The position numbers and the translations under genes were made by a program. From positions 2,688,001-2,752,000 of the forward strand of contig OZ252149.1 in the NCBI GenBank assembly GCA_965248755.1: a DNA stretch of 64,000 bases. The letters are read 5' to 3'. A model generated the notes under the pieces. That model made no database searches. It was not told the DNA's origin and saw only the letters and a list, made by a program, of their open reading frames with translations. Source of the DNA: Candidatus Latescibacterota bacterium (lineage in GTDB: Bacteria > Latescibacterota > CBDEFO01). Of the stretch, positions 61,992 to 64,000 are shown one piece after another. Each line of letters begins with the position of its first letter. The first letter of the stretch is position 1.

Positions 61992-63008
61992 TCACTCTAC
62001 GAAGTAACTTACTCTGTCTTTCTTATACTCCTTGGTGCTGAAGAGAATATCGTAATGGGTAATTCCCGTACGATTTGAGATCTCCTCAGCTGTTTGTTTA
62101 CACTGATCCACCTTCTTTGCATGGATCATAGTAAAGAGATTATACGGCCAATCGGGATATGTGCGACGCTGGTAACAGTGGCTTATCTGGGGGAAGGACA
62201 TAGCCTCCTTTACCAGCTGTTCGATCTTATCTTCAGGGGCTACCCATACTGCCATCCCATTTGCCGAAAATCCCGCCTTTCTGTGTCTCAGGATGGCGCT
62301 GAAGCGGCGCATAAATCCTCTCTCAATCAACTCTTTTGCTTTATCTATTATTCCCGTTTGAGTTGTTCCTAACCTTTTAGCCATTCCTACAAACGGAAAC
62401 TCTGCTATCTCCAGGTCCTTTTGAAGCTCTCTTATCGACTCCTTGTCCTGTTGGGTGATGGAATCGGGGCTATCCGGTTTACGAGCTTCCAGAGAATCCG
62501 GGTTGTCCTTTTCCTGAGGCTTTGAATCTCCATTATCCGTCATATCTAACTTCACACTGATCTTAAAGAGCCTCAGGTTTGTCAATATGATATACTTTTC
62601 CACACCGTCTTCCTTTGCCGCTTCCTCTACATCTCGCTCAAGGCTACCATTAGGTGGAACAGCTATCGTAAACCACAGATTATACGCGTGATTCCGCTTG
62701 TAGTTGTGGCTGACCCCGGGATGCCTGTTCAAGACCTGTGCGACATCGGCTATCTTGTTCGGATCGATCCTCATCGCCACCAAGGAACTTTTGTATCCAA
62801 GAGCCCTTGTATCAAAAATGGCGCTGATCTGGCGGACTATCCCACTATCCTTTTTGAGATCCAGGATTCGATTTATTGCCTCATCTTCAGAGATACCCAC
62901 TTTACCTCCAATGGCCTCAAACGGCCTTACTACAAGTGGGAAATCCCACTGCATAACGTTCAAAATCTTCTTGTCGATCCCATCGAGTTCTCTTACGAGC
63001 TTTGCCAC
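61992..63008 (-). CDS. Fused AhbA/AhbB (NirDL-like) siroheme decarboxylase
   Basis: Two AsnC-like halves; SHNYKRNH and SHCYQR..WPYNLFTMIH. Confidence 0.85.
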   Translation of the reverse strand: MAKLVRELDGIDKKILNVMQWDFPLVVRPFEAIGGKVGISEDEAINRILDLKKDSGIVRQISAIFDTRALGYKSSLVAMRIDPNKIADVAQVLNRHPGVSHNYKRNHAYNLWFTIAVPPNGSLERDVEEAAKEDGVEKYIILTNLRLFKISVKLDMTDNGDSKPQEKDNPDSLEARKPDSPDSITQQDKESIRELQKDLEIAEFPFVGMAKRLGTTQTGIIDKAKELIERGFMRRFSAILRHRKAGFSANGMAVWVAPEDKIEQLVKEAMSFPQISHCYQRRTYPDWPYNLFTMIHAKKVDQCKQTAEEISNRTGITHYDILFSTKEYKKDRVSYFVE

Positions 63009-63047
63009 AGTTGGATCTCCGTCCTTTCTTGCTTTTCGAGGGCGCTG

Positions 63048-64000
<953 letters not shown>

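Overview
Bacterial chromosomal window, probably from a non-Bacteroidota FCB-group organism such as Latescibacterota or KSB1. This is an inference from the PNPFNP/FlgD-type C-terminal sorting domain, the cohesin/dockerin protein and the PorV-like genes. Housekeeping content includes tRNA-Thr(CGT), clpB, dnaK, rpoE/anti-sigma/htrA, rnr, argR-argC-argB-argD-argG, nuoI, rny, an ahbAB-like gene and partial thiC. The region from 12.6 to 31.4 kb is a nested mobile-element zone with four copies of an IS3-family element. Two of these copies are interrupted at exactly the same base (5-bp TSD GTCAG) by an IS1380 element that carries different captured DNA each time: a 186-bp NtrC-like fragment, and a 4.66-kb mosaic that includes apparently archaeal integrase/ATPase DNA. 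The IS3 copies in turn disrupt a HEPN gene and a GajB-like UvrD helicase. Other notable items are a 21-bp palindromic micro-element found in-frame inside genes and nested in itself, a ~350-nt highly structured leader or ncRNA candidate, and a PorV-like/TPR/ExbB/ExbD/DUF4159/PorV-like locus. All calls come from reading motifs by eye; no database search was run.
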